A model generated the notes under the pieces. That model was given only the letters and a program-made list of their open reading frames with translations, was not told the origin of the DNA and made no database searches. 64,000 nt of DNA. Origin: the human T2T-CHM13v2.0 reference genome, Homo sapiens. A program made the translations under genes and the position numbers. Below, in pieces: positions 16,714 to 30,115 of this stretch. The stretch is from NCBI RefSeq assembly GCF_009914755.1, contig NC_060931.1; one strand, 5' to 3'. How positions within the stretch are numbered: the stretch's first letter is position 1; every line of letters begins with the position of its first letter.

Positions 16714-17019
16714 TGATGAACTCTTAAGGGTAACTTTTTCTTTTCTTTATGGGTATTAAAACAAAAGGGAGACGATAAAAACAATCCAGATTTTCAAAAT
16801 GTAAAACTGTTTTGCTTTATTGTGTGTTAAATATTCTTTTCAACCACCTGAAATCTTTTGTGGCTCTGTATAAGAACAATAATAAGTAGATTATTGCTAA
16901 ATTTTGAGAGAATCTAGCTTGTAATAAATCCAGAAGTGAATTATGGAAGAAAATATGGACAGGCACTACTGACAAATTCGGCTAGACAAGGATCCATGAA
17001 AAATGCAATGGTGATAAAG

Positions 17020-17420
17020 TTGGTTGTGAAGAACTTGGAATCTGAGTCCTGAAGTGTTTATAGTGAGGAGGGCCATTGAGTTTTTGTGAGTAGAGCAGTG
17101 ACTCTTGATTGTCTTATCCATTGTAAGGGCAATACCAATCAGGAGGACCTATTTAGAGGCTATTGCGATAGTGCTACAAAGATGATATTAGGATGGAAAG
17201 AGCTAATAGAAACCGAAGAATGAGCAGAGGGTTTGCATACATGTCAGGAGACTTGGTACCATATAAGGCAAAGAAAGGCAGCCTATGAAGAAAGATGTCA
17301 AGGGCAGAGTATGAACAAATAAGAAGTGGCAGAGGAAAAGTTATTGGATTTACTGATTAGGGGGCCACTGATGAGTTTTGACAAAGTTTGTAAGGGCTTT
17401 TGGAAGACGGAGTTAGAAAA
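17020..17420 (-). mobile_element. Degenerate L2 fragment
   Basis: GGGCCATTGAG..., TTAGAGGCTATTGC, ATTGGATTTA..GATTAGGGGGCCACTGATGA purine-rich L2 motifs. Confidence 0.55.
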
Positions 17421-20400
17421 GGGATACAATTTTCATTGTTGTCCAGCCATCCTGGTTTCCTAATCCTGCTTTAATGAATTTAGCATTGATTCTACATCCT
17501 GAAATCTTCAAGTATAGACTATTCTACAAGTAAAGTGTTCCCTCATCTTTCCACATTCTTTCCTTATCCCACATCCCAGGCACTGCAGTTATTCTCAGTT
17601 CTTGGACTATTATAATTCCATATCCTGTCCCTAATCATAAGATCACTCATTTTTTCCACATGATCCTATTGCTCTGCAAACAGTGTCTTTGTTGGGGCTG
17701 TTACTGAATACTAACGTTTCTGTCTCTTTGGTGGAGAACAGTACACTGTAACTTGAAAAGTAACAAACAGCTGATAAAATACCAGTTTTTGCCTGGCTCT
17801 TGTTTTGACAAAAACACATTTAAGATCTTTGTGTTAAACTTACAGATAATTTTAAATGTTTAATAAGATTAACGGGGCTTCTCCCAGTGATACAACAGAA
17901 GGGGCAGGTTTCAGAGCTCTGAACCCTCTAATCACGTAAGGTTGTTTTCATAGCCTTCATGCCAGATGCTCTTTTTGGACTGGCTAAGCCCAATATAGTA
18001 TGTATATAATAAGGATCCATTATGTCATCCTCAAAATACTAAACATTGTCCAGAAAAAGAGCCTAAACATAAATCTGTATTATACTCATTATCAATAGAT
18101 TCTCCAAACATATTTCATCTTATAAACTAGGCCTTGTATTTTTTTAAAGCACATTAATTACTATAAGCCTTCTAGGAAAGTATCAAAGAAGAGAATAATT
18201 AGTGACTTTCAGGTTTGCTGTGTGAAGCTAGGAATCACAGCCTATGATCCCCCAATTAACACTCACTTGGAATGGATAAGCTTCAAATAACAAACAGCCA
18301 CTACTTTGGGTCACTTTCCTTTGTATGACTGGGTGGGAAGCACGTCTTTGATCTCTAACACAGACCCAACTGCAGAACCCAAATAAGGACTCTTTGGGAG
18401 CCACTGGTTTTCAGAGTTTCACTTTAATTGTCTAGGTCTATAAAAGAAACACTTATGGATATAATGTGTTTCTTAGTTAAAAGATAAAATTCACATTACC
18501 CTAAAGTTTCTGGTTGATATTTACTTCTGTATTATTAAAAGAGGTGAGTGGATAGCTGAGGAATGGAATGAAAATAAAATGGAAATGTATGAACAAGAGT
18601 CAACTTTTCAGGTGCTTCCAGGAAAAAAGAAAAAAAAGCATTTTTTTCTCCCTAAAACTTTAAAGATGTAGCTATGATATCCTCGGCAAAACTAACATTC
18701 ACTATGTTCCACACGTATACAAAATTATTCAGAAATTCTACCTTGGCCAAAGAAATTTCAGAACGATGGCAAATTATGCATATGAAAGCAAGCAGGTAAT
18801 TAGTACAAACAAATGCCATTACTATAATATTGTATTTTTAACATACAGAGGAGCCTGTGGTACCAATACAGCCATAATTTAAATTAACAGGCTTCTCATA
18901 CTACATTCATGAGGCTGCATATAGCAGGACCGATTTAACACATAAAGTATTTTATTTGTGGGCTGGATGTCCCATCTCAGCCTTAAATGTTTCTGTCAAA
19001 GTTTTCACAATGGTGTCTCTTGACACCTGTTTTTAATACCTTCTCCTGTCTGATTTTCTTTCCTAGTGGGTTTAGAAAACATTGTAAAAGCTTTTCTAAT
19101 GTTGAACCTCACATCATTTATTCCTGGCACAGTTTAAGGCTGTCACCCCAAGAGCTGTCCTTTTTGTTAATGAGAATAATTGATTTCTGTCCCAGTGTAT
19201 ATTTCATTGTATATTTTGGATCATTCTCAAGTGTCCCTTAAGTTTTTTTTCCTTTCTTTCCGGCTCAAAATATCAAGTTAGGTTCACCTTTTCTGACAAA
19301 CCTTGTTTTCTAAGAATTTTATCATTTTTGTTTCTCTACACTCCCTTCAATTTGTCATTGTCGTTTTTTTTTTTTAACAGCCCCACGAGTAAAATCCTCT
19401 AGAGATCATTTTAGCAGCAGCTAGAGAACTACAAGAACATAACTTTTATTTCATTTCCAGTTTTTTTGCTTAAACAACCAACAAAAAAGCACACGTGGTT
19501 CCTTTTGAACTGAAAGTCATTATATATACGTAACCTATATATATATGTGTGTGTGTGTATATATATATAGGTTAGCACATAGTATGTGTTCAACAATACT
19601 TGCTATTTTTTAAATAATATTGCTGTAACTGATAGGTGATAGGGAGACAAAGAAGGGGATAAAGAGAGACAAGGAGAGAGAGGGAAGGCAAGCAGAAAGG
19701 TTCTGTGGGCAAATGTCATGATCATCATTGTTATTCTGACCCCTTGGGCTACTGTGAGCACAGATGACACTCTACCTCCAAAATATTAGTACTTACGTTC
19801 AAAAAATTTCTCAAAGAAAAAGAAGTTGATGGGTTCCTGCTCTTACTTTCTTTTTCTTTTTTTTCTTTTCTTTTTTTTTTTTTGTCAATAGCATGCTTTT
19901 ATTCAGCATGCCATGTTTTGGTTCTTTTACCTATTCACATTGGAAGGTGTGCTTTTGCTTATTTTCTTAAGAATTCATTCTGAGAAGGTCATTATACATT
20001 GAAGATGAAATGTGATTTTTTTTTCAAAGAAAAATGAGCCCATAGGGGAAAAAACAACAATGAGGACTGAGGTAAGCTTTTCTTTCATTGTCTCCTCTCC
20101 CTTTATTTTATCTTTTACTGAGATTTAACTAGGCACCTTTGCGAGCCATTCTCCTTGCTTTGGTTGATGACTAATGGAAAGGAATCCACTGCCATGATTT
20201 TCTCTGACAACTCCAAATGGCTTCTGACACTTTCCCGTTCACGTAAGTGTGGACCTCTCCCCTCCTTACACACCCATCACCATGGCTACCTTTCAATCAG
20301 CCCTTCTTCATTAATATTAGCAGGGGAAACCGTTTGTGTAATTTGTGTCCCTATAATAGCCGGATAGAGGTAAATCATGCAGTTACATGTGTTTTCATCA

Positions 20401-20599
20401 CAGGCTTCTCCCCATCCCAAGTTATAGCTGTTAGCTTCCCAAAGGAGGAAAGTGGAAAAAAAAAAAAAAAAGGAACAGATGAAGAATTTCATAGATGAAA
20501 TTTTATCTGAAGACCAGGTGTATTTATGTCTCTTTAGCCATCATAATGTGATCCGAGGCTATGATGTTCAAAATATTGTCGAGCTGAGTGCATATTTCT

Positions 20600-21130
20600 G
20601 AAAAAGAGCAGATTTAGCTATCTTCATATGACAGCCTACGGGAGGACTATAATAAAGAAGAGAAATTAGTTTTATTCTGTGTAAGTCTAGAAGGCAGAAG
20701 ACACAGAAAGCAAGCGCATACTAACTCAGCAAAGGGAAACCTTTTCTAATCACTAGAGGTGGCTAAAAGTGAAACATTCCCCTTCAGAGGTACTAAGTTC
20801 TAACACCAGTAGCATTCAAGCAGGGGTGAATGAGCTTCATTATTGCAAGATGTAAGTAAAAGTTTTATATTATACTGGAGACTGGGCTAAATCACTGGTT
20901 TCCAAACGTTGTTACTCAGTCCAGCGCATTGCATTAGAGTTTAGTTAAAAAGTAAATACTGAATCCTCCCCTTCAAGGACTGACCCACACCTTTGTAGGT
21001 GAGACTAGGGAAATTGGCATTGAACACATACCCCTGGTGAATCCCTGAACACAATCAGGTTTTCTTCTCACTCCTAAGCAGAGATGACTCCTGAGACCCC
21101 CAGCTGACCCAAAGCTTTTCCTGTTATTGA
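20600..21130 (+). mobile_element. L3/CR1 3' fragment interrupted by a MER5-type element (~20894-21065)
   Basis: TTATTCTGTGTAAGTCTAGAAGGCAGAA and TTTCTAATCACTAGAG CR1 motifs; resumes at AGATGACTCCTGAG after the MER5-like block. Confidence 0.55.
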
Positions 21131-21581
21131 TTATACGATCAGGAGTATATAAACGCTATATACCACATGACTCACCCCTCCTTTAATTCATGTGTCAACT
21201 CTTTGGGTCTCAGAGTCCCCCTGTTAAGGAGCTAAATATAGTCACATAGAGATAAACTGTATTTTAAAATACATGTGTGAAATGTTGTTACAGGATTCAT
21301 AATGTCCTAATGAAAATGTTAATTCCTAAAAATTGGAAATGCTAAGCATAATTTTTAAACATGTAGAGCATGGAACTCACAGAAGAGATAGATACTCAGC
21401 TCAGCAGAGACAAGACCATACCTGCATAATTTCCTAGTACTTTGTCCAATGTGTAGCAAAGAAATGTTGTCCAATAAATGTATGTTGAATGCATTAATAA
21501 TTTAAAAGGTTGCCATGACATCCAATTTTTCTGGATAACTGAAGGAAAAAATGAGCTTCTAAAGTGCAAAATGAGCTTATA

Positions 21582-21965
<384 letters not shown>

Positions 21966-23299
21966 TCACATTTAGCATATTAAAGAGTGTGTAGCTTTGA
22001 AAAAACCCCATGTTCATTTAGCCTCTTGATTGATTTGTGTCTAGCCTCATTTTACAAAGGCTTTGTGGTAGCTGTACTAAATTACCCAATGTAATGATAA
22101 AATGAGCTATCACCTATTTTTTAGCCTTTCACCAGAAGGTCAAGGTGTCATTTAAAATTATATTGCTGGTCTCTCACTTAGCCTTTGGCTGAGGTTGTCT
22201 GGCTCACTACGATAAAGGAAAGGACCAACCAATTATTTTCTTCCTACCAAAAACAGATTCAAGTTCTTATTAAATACTATGTTTCAATATGTTTAGTTCT
22301 GGCAGGCTTAACAACTGGTTTCTTTTTTATGAAGACAAAAAAAAATGTGGTCCTAGATTAAATGTCTGAAATAGTGCAAGGCTTTTAAAAGAAAAAAAGA
22401 AACACACATTAGAAGAAGGGACCACAGAGTCTTGACCTTTTATCTCTACTGAAAGGATCATTTAAATTCACTTAATCCTTGTGGTTCACAGAAGTGTAAG
22501 AATGTACAATGAAAAGCATGAACACTTTTATCAGTGCGAGGTGGAAAGGAACATGAACAATAAGCACTGGCTCCTTTGAAGTGAGAGGTGAAGAAACACG
22601 TCCTATCCCCAACATGGCTAAGAAGTATGAATAGAAATAAATGCTAATACAAGATTTACAAAGATCTTCTGCTTCTCAATTTTTAGAACGCTAAAATACA
22701 ACTGACAAATGTGTCTCAGAGAAAGATAAAATAGAAAAGAAGAAATAATTATATCAATAATTTACTGTGACGGATCCCTGTTCCCATAATATGCTTAGGG
22801 TTTGTCAATAGAAGTCTATGAAAATATAGTAGTCCAGGAAAGTTAACATTATTTTTCAGTACTCTCTTTCTTTAAACAGAAGTTGAGATATCAAAATTGC
22901 TTTCACACTGTCAATTGGAGTTTTCTATCTAGAAATATCTTTGGAATTAAGCCAATATTCTTTCGCTTTGGTCTTTCACAATACAAAGCAGTGTTAACCA
23001 TAATTTGTGGAATTAGAGATTGAAGTTGAAATATGACATTGAAGTGTGAGAAATTTTAAAATTTACATATTACATTTTAGTAAATGTTTAAAATTATCTA
23101 TCCTATTGCAGAGTTTGACCACTCTAGTTCATAGATTATAACCACAGTACAACACCTAATAATTCCACGATATATGTTGAAAATTCTGTAATATTCTCAA
23201 AACTCAATATATTACCTTTAGAACAAAGAGCATTTATCATAATTATTCCATATTCTATAAGCTGATATTATCAGAAAAAAACCATTCTTTTAAATTTTC

Positions 23300-23800
23300 A
23301 AATCAAGGTGCAATTTAAATAAAATGCTCCAAGTTTGATTTGTTTTTCAAATACATACATCTATGTAACCTCCAATCTAATTACGATTGATAATATTTCC
23401 ATCACCTCAAATGCTTCATACTCCTTCGCAGTTTTCTCTCTGTCTCGCCCACATGACCGTCAGGCAACTATTAATCTGCTTTCTGTCACTATAGATTAGT
23501 TTTGCCTGTTCTAAGATTTCATATCAATGAAACTACACAATGTGTATCTTTTTGGATCTGGCTTTTTTTTTTTTTTTTTTTTGCTAAGCTTCAGTGTTTT
23601 GCTAAAATTTATCCATGCTGTTATATGTATCAGTAATTCATTCCCTTTTATTAAGTAGTATTTCATTGTAATAAGATATCACAATTTATTTGTTCACTCA
23701 ATTGTTGTATTTGTGTTGTTTCCAGTTTGGGGCTCTTAGGATTAGAGCTGTTATGAACTTTCTTATGTAAGTCTTATTGGCAGTATTTCTTTTGGTTAAA
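23300..23800 (-). mobile_element. Old L1M (L1ME/L1MB-type) 3' fragment
   Basis: CAGGCAACTATTAATCTGCTTTCTGTCACTATAGATTAGTTTTGCCTGTTCTA; TGTTTCCAGTTTGGGGCT. Confidence 0.85.
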
Positions 23801-24964
23801 CCAATTATGCAATTTTAACTACATGTTTATCTTTTTAATAATTGAAAAGCCATGAATGTGGTATACAGAATTCTCATGCAAGTATAATAATTGGGTATGA
23901 AATCATGTTTTGCAAGAGTTATTAAATAAGAACTTTTCCTCTATCAAAACTTTCATTTGGCTTTAGACCATTTTCTTAGAAAAAAATCCCAAATATTTAA
24001 AGAATTTGAACATACTACATTTTGTAGTTTTTATTTTCCTATCTTTTAATTCTTGACAAAATTCTATACAATTTTAATATACATTAAAATATAGAATTCA
24101 TTCATTCAAAGACACACTTAGCGAATGTGCTAACCACACTGCTCACAATGTGGTGAACTTGAGGCGGGAGTGAATCGTACATGTAAATCACAGAGCAGCA
24201 TATGAGTTTCCATAATACCATGTATGTTTCACAACAGGGAAGGCTGACAGTTTTGCTAAATTCCCATTCCTCTCTGACCGCTGCTCCCTACTCAACTGTC
24301 ATCATAGCATTAAGAAGCAAAAATATTTATAAAATTTGAAGAACTGTAGACATTAGCTTGAGAATGTGAGCCACTCACCAGATACTTTTTGTCCTTCTTT
24401 AAACATTTCTAATCTATATCTAGGAATAGAGAGTAATTCTAGCACATTGGGTGAACTATATTTGTTTATATTGTTGTATAAGAGAGAACACACAAAAGAT
24501 ACTGAATATAGGAATTACTCATGTTTTGTTTCTACTCAGGGCTTTAGATTTAAATTCTGTCCCTACAGATGTCTCATTATTTCATTGACCATAAGAGTAA
24601 AAACATTACTACTGGCCTCTCAGGAAAGTGGGAGAGAGGATGAAAACTTTTTAATGATTGCTTAAATACAGGTCCCTCAAAAATATTTCCTGAATAGTCA
24701 CTCTAAATGGAGTACTCAGCAGATGAGCAAGTAGAGTAAAAAATGGTATCAGAATTCCTTCCCGATCTTAAATCCTGTGGGTTTAATGTAAAATGACACT
24801 GCATGCAAAGCTGCACTAAACATGCACATTCATAGAGCACAACATTTTCACATGGCTTGCAAGGGTCTTTACAATGGCCTTGACTTTTCTTTTCCATATT
24901 CTTTTTAATTCATGAGCTCATATTCTACCTTCCATTTCTTTTAAATGATTCTTAAATCCTTACC

Positions 24965-25302
24965 TCTGTGACTTCTCACATGCTGTTCCCTCTGCCTAGA
25001 ATACTTTTTAACCTGGATAACCTTTATTCCTTTTTGAGGACATGTAAAGACTTCATCTTATCCAAGAAACCTTGAGCCTGGGTTAGGTACCACTCTTACG
25101 TGCTTTCATATGGCCCCTCTAGTTGCTATTTATTTCACTCTGTTATTGTCTCTTGACATCTTAACATTCCCCACTAAGTGCAAGCTCTGTGAATGCTAGA
25201 ACCATGTGTGGCTTGATTCCTGTTTTACTCCCAGAGTTTATTGCAGGGTCTGGCATGCAGTGGACATCTTATGAATATTTGTAAGATAATGAATGAATGA
25301 GG
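24965..25302 (+). mobile_element. L2 3' end fragment
   Basis: CACATGCTGTTCCCTCTGCCTAGAA start and AATGAATGAATGA tail. Confidence 0.8.
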
Positions 25303-25574
25303 TTGAATACAGCAATTACTGAGAAAATGGAAAATAACAGGGTACTTAGATGAATTAAAACAGGCTCCCTGAAGTGGGTGAGAGCCTTCATCCTGATTTT
25401 AAAGAGAATTAAATCTAATGACTGATGCAGAACAGATTGGTGTATGATATTGTATAAAAAGGAATGTACAAAAGTCATATTCTAGGAACTGCAAGAAGTT
25501 TAGCTTGACCAAAAGAGCAGACTCTTTTAGTGAAAAACTAGAGAAATTGAGTTGAAAAATTAAAAATCAGTGGT

Positions 25575-25957
25575 AGGCAAAACTATGGAGACAGTAAAAA
25601 AAATCAGCGGTTGCCAGGTGTTAGCAGGGAAGGGAAGATCAATAGACAAAGCACAGAGAATTTTTAGGGAAGTGAAACTACCCTGTATGACACTATAATG
25701 CTGGATACATGTCATTATACATTTGTCCAATCTCATAGAATGTACAATACCAAGAGGGAACCCTAATGTTTACTATGGACTTTAAGTGATAATGATGTGT
25801 CAGTAAAGGCTTATCGATTGTAACCAATTACCACTCCGGTGGGCATGTTAATAATGGGAAAAGTTATGCATGCGTCGGGGCAGGGGAAAGTCTCTGTACC
25901 TTCCTCTCAATCTTGCTGTAAACTTAAAACTGCTCTAAAAAAAAATAAGGTCTTTAA
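25575..25957 (+). mobile_element. L1MC1-like 5'-truncated 3' end with intact 13-bp TSD
   Basis: AGGCAAAACTATGGAGACAGTAAAAA...AAAACTGCTCTAAAAAA; TSD AAAAATCAGTGGT at 25562-25574 and 25958-25970. Confidence 0.9.
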
Positions 25958-26819
25958 AAAAATCAGTGGTGGTTGGTGAAGCATTTGAAGAGCTGAAAGT
26001 TAAAGATTTGTATTAAAAGCCCTATCAGTAAGCAGGTTTTTACATGGATGGATATCATGCTGAAAATGATCTTTGAAGAAGAAACACTAATATGTAATCA
26101 TGTTTGTAAATAAACATACAAATGAAACTATGAGTGTGTACCTGTAGACTGCAGGTCATAAAAGAAGAGACTGGATGGTATTTATACTGCAGAAAGCAGG
26201 CAGTTTTTGAGCCCTGTGTCCACGGCTTCCCTCTAGACGGTGGTGTGTGATACCTTAGGGAGCATCCTCAGGCTGCCACTGAGACACTTCACAGCAATAC
26301 AGTGTCGATTAAATTGGACACTAGTAAGGCATGGGTTAGTGGTCTGGAAAGAAACATTCTGTTCATTCAGTAAGTCTGCTCTCGTTTCATTTTAAGTCTT
26401 TAGGATTCGATTAAGTGTTAAGAGCTGCAAAGGGAGAAGTCAGGGTTCTGGTTAGACAATAACCAGGTCATTAATTTTCCATATTTACATATAATGTTCC
26501 TCATAATACAAATCTAGTTTCCGAAAGCTCTGAAAATCATCATGTATTTAAGTATCACATTGTGTCTCTTCAGTTTATCCTTTGTGATCAAATAAATCCG
26601 GAACAAAAAACGCATGCTCTAATCACTGAATTAAATAGCACATGTATGAAGTGTGTGGCTGTATTGTCTAAATAATTAACCACTACTCAGTGATTATGCT
26701 AACCAGTGCATACTGGAATGGATAAGATTAATGAAGCCTTTGGTTACAATTTAAAAGCCTCCCTATCAACGGTTTCTTTCACCGAACTAAAGAAAAAGGA
26801 TTTTGCAACTTTTACTTAC

Positions 26820-26916
26820 TAGTCTTATATTGGAAACATCTGGATCATATCCAATACTCATGCTTAGAGGCCGCATCAGAGATCAGTATCTAGTGAGCAA
26901 CATGTACGGTGAAAAT
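26820..26916 (-). other. Candidate 97-nt exon (unverified)
   Basis: Minus-strand acceptor CTTCATTTTTTATCCTTTCAG and donor CTA/GTAAGT in non-repetitive, CpG-enriched DNA; stops in all three frames. Confidence 0.4.
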
Positions 26917-26947
26917 CTGAAAGGATAAAAAATGAAGTGCACCAGGG

Positions 26948-27180
26948 AGGCAGCATGCTATGGTAGAAAAGTGCGCCTCTAGAGACCTAGAAAGCTGATT
27001 GTTTATCCCATCTTTGCCACTTGCTGGTTGTGAAAGTTAGGCAAAGTCTTTAATCTCCATCAATCTCAGCTTCCTTGTCTGAAAAGGATGGAGAAAAATG
27101 CCTGTCACATAGTGCTTTGTGTAAAGCACATAATATAGTGCTGGGGACAAATCAGGTGCTCAATTGGCATTTACTATTAG
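26948..27180 (+). mobile_element. MIR SINE
   Basis: GAGGCAGCATG start; TGCCACTTGCTGGTTGTG..CTCAGCTTCCTTGTCTG core; GGTGCTCAAT end. Confidence 0.75.
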
Positions 27181-27871
27181 TATTGGTGGCAGTTGTAGCA
27201 TTGTAACTTCTATTTTTTTCTCTACTCCCCTTGGGCCAAAATATATAGTGTTACTTACAGTATGCTTGTATAAAATATTCTTACGATGTGTACAATCTGT
27301 TAACAAGTCTCTGCATTACGGGTCAAGCAGAATCAAAAAGTTTCAGAGCAAGAGAAAATCAATTAAAACATTTGTATTTACTACTGGCATCACAAAAGAG
27401 AAATTTTTCTTCCTGTCTACAGATATTTTCAACTCCTCACTATTTGCTTCTTGCTAAATACAAATGTTCAGAGGCTTGGGAAGGAATCATGGCAAGGTAT
27501 TAACTCTTCTTTGGGTAGATGAGATTGTTGCCTTCTGCCTTTGGATTGTTTCCCCAAATAATGAGCCAGGATGCTAGAACAGTGCTCACTCAATCCCCAG
27601 ATGAGCTGATCTCACCCATCCTTAAGGTGATTCTTTTTTCCAGCTTATATTAGTAGTTCAAATGGTTTCCCTGGATCATTGCATTTCCTTCTATCTTTTC
27701 AAGGAGTTGGGTGCTGCCCACACCCACCGCTGGCTCCACGGTGAGACTGTCTGCTTTGTATTTCTTTCACTTTGGATATCCTTAGAAAAGTGTCTGCTGC
27801 CATGATTTTGCTGGTCAGGATCAAAGCTGCCATAGTTCCAAGCACAAATGTTTATTGAAAGGAAAGGATTG

Positions 27872-28065
27872 GGGACAGTGAAAAGAGCTTTGGAAACAGA
27901 CAGATTTAAGGGCAGATCCTTGTTCCACAATATAGAAGCTGCGTGACCATTGATAATTTCCTCAGCATGGGAAACTGGGAGCCTCAGTTTCCCATGCTCA
28001 GATAACCATTTTGTAGGGTTGTCAGGAGGAATAACTAAAACAACAAATCCAAAGTACCTAGCATA
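27872..28065 (+). mobile_element. MIR SINE containing a perfect hairpin
   Basis: GTGAAAAGAGCTTTGGA..., GCTGCGTGACC, GAGCCTCAGTTTCC core. Confidence 0.7.
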
Positions 28066-28519
28066 AGACTATTTTTCTTCCTGTCCCCATAGGTCCAGGT
28101 CTCCCTAAAAATCATTCTCAGTTTTTGTTAGCAAAGTCATATAGTTCTTTTCAGCCAAATTATACACCTACACACCTAACACATATGTACAATCATGGAA
28201 AGGTAAATAATGCTAAAGTTTTCATCTTTTAAACCAGGTGGAATCCTACAGTAGCATCGCTCTCATGAGTTCTTCTGTCTCCCATTTGAAGTAGTCCTAG
28301 AATTAAGGATTTTCTTTCTGTCTCATTAAGGAACACAGTCTAAAACCATGCTCAAATGATAAATCAGAGAAACTGAGTTAGCAGTACACACATACACACT
28401 CATACACAGAGACTCTGAGTTCTAGTCCCCAAGCTCAACTAGGAGTGCCCACAACTTACTTTAAAGAGTTTCATCTCCTAACAGTACATTTTAATATAAA
28501 AGACCCCTTCCATAATAAT

Positions 28520-28760
28520 GGAAGCAACATAACATAGAGTAAACATTGAGACAGCCACACCTGGATTTAAATCCCAGATTTGTCATTTACTAACTGTGCA
28601 ACTTTGAGACATAGCTTATAAAGGCCAATACCGCTTTCTCCGTATGTTAAAAGCTGGTAATATCTACCTGTTATTGCAATTAAGTCAGGACTTTATATAA
28701 CATTTAATACAGTTCCTGGAACATAGGAAGTGCTCAATAACCATAGGTATTTATTATTAC
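28520..28760 (+). mobile_element. MIR SINE
   Basis: CCTGGATTTAAATCCCAG..CATTTACTAACTGTG; ACAGTTCCTGGAACATAGGAAGTGCTCAATAA end. Confidence 0.75.
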
Positions 28761-28821
28761 TTGTTGGTGTTTTCTGGTAATCAGAATACTAGGAATACTG
28801 GTTTCCTTATAAAGTCTCCTG

Positions 28822-29182
<361 letters not shown>

Positions 29183-29189
29183 TTAGCCT

Positions 29190-29540
29190 GCCTTCCCCAT
29201 GCCTTTTCTAGGACTGAACAAGCACTGACAGTCACATTTACAATGCTTCCAACATGCACTTATTTTAAACTGAAATCTTCCTCCTTGCTCTGTATCTGAT
29301 GTCAAACAGAGCAAGTGTATTCCTCCTTTCACAGAGAAGCATTTCAAATATCCAGTGGCAGCCTTCACATACCCTTAAGTCTTTCCTCCAGGCTAAAGAG
29401 TCTCAGTTCTTTCAATGTACTCATATTTTGGGGTTTCTAGACATTTCACCACTGGTCATCCTTCTATGCAAGAGTGAGTGACTGAATCTCAGCAGAGTTT
29501 AATGTCTAACTTGTTAGGGAAATACTAACTTGGTATTTAA
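29190..29540 (-). mobile_element. L3/CR1 fragment
   Basis: CTTAAGTCTTTCCTCCAGGCTAAA..CAGTTCTTTCAA..GGTTTCTAGACATTTCACCA resembles CR1. Confidence 0.5.
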
Positions 29541-29819
29541 AAAAGACAAACAAACAAAAAACCCATATGGTCATCTAAGAAAAGGAGGATTTAGTGGGGG
29601 GAAAAATTCCACCATGCTAATAATACACCATCTTTTATTACAGGAATGGTTTGACAATTTTTTAGAGCTAAGAAGCAAGAGCATTTGAAGCCCAGTGGGC
29701 TTGTTTCTGCTGCCCCATCAGGAGGCTTCCAGAAACAAGATTTCTGGTATTCTCTTATCCTAGTTTTTAAAAGACTTTTCTGTCTTCTCATTGTATACCA
29801 CATAGTTCATTTGTTTTTT

Positions 29820-30115
29820 CTTTTTAAAAGCATGACAGTGTTTTGCTCTGCTGCCCAGGTTGAAGTGCAGTGGCATTATCATAGCTCACTGCAGCCCTGA
29901 GCTCCTGGGCTCAAGTGATTCTCCCACTTCAGCCTCCTGAGTAGCTGGGACAACAGGCAGGCACTGCCATGCCTGGATAACCTTTTTATTTTTGTTTTGT
30001 AGAAAGAGGGTCTTGCCATCTTGCCCAGGCTGCTCAAATTCCTGGCCTCAAGAGATCCTCCTGCCTCAGCTTCCCAAAGTGTTGGGATTACAGGCATGAA
30101 CCACTGCACCTAGCC
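29820..30115 (-). mobile_element. AluJ
   Basis: J-type ATAGCTCACTGCAGCC..CTCCTGGGCTCAAG; degenerate TSD TCATTT(G/C)TTTTTT. Confidence 0.93.

Noticed and set aside
18733-18795. 63-nt plus-strand exon-like segment ending CAG/GTAATT
   Set aside because: No pyrimidine tract at the acceptor and no recognisable peptide.
27423-27496. Plus-strand exon candidate (IFSTPHYLL...)
   Set aside because: Good acceptor but weak donor (GTATTA); peptide unrecognised.
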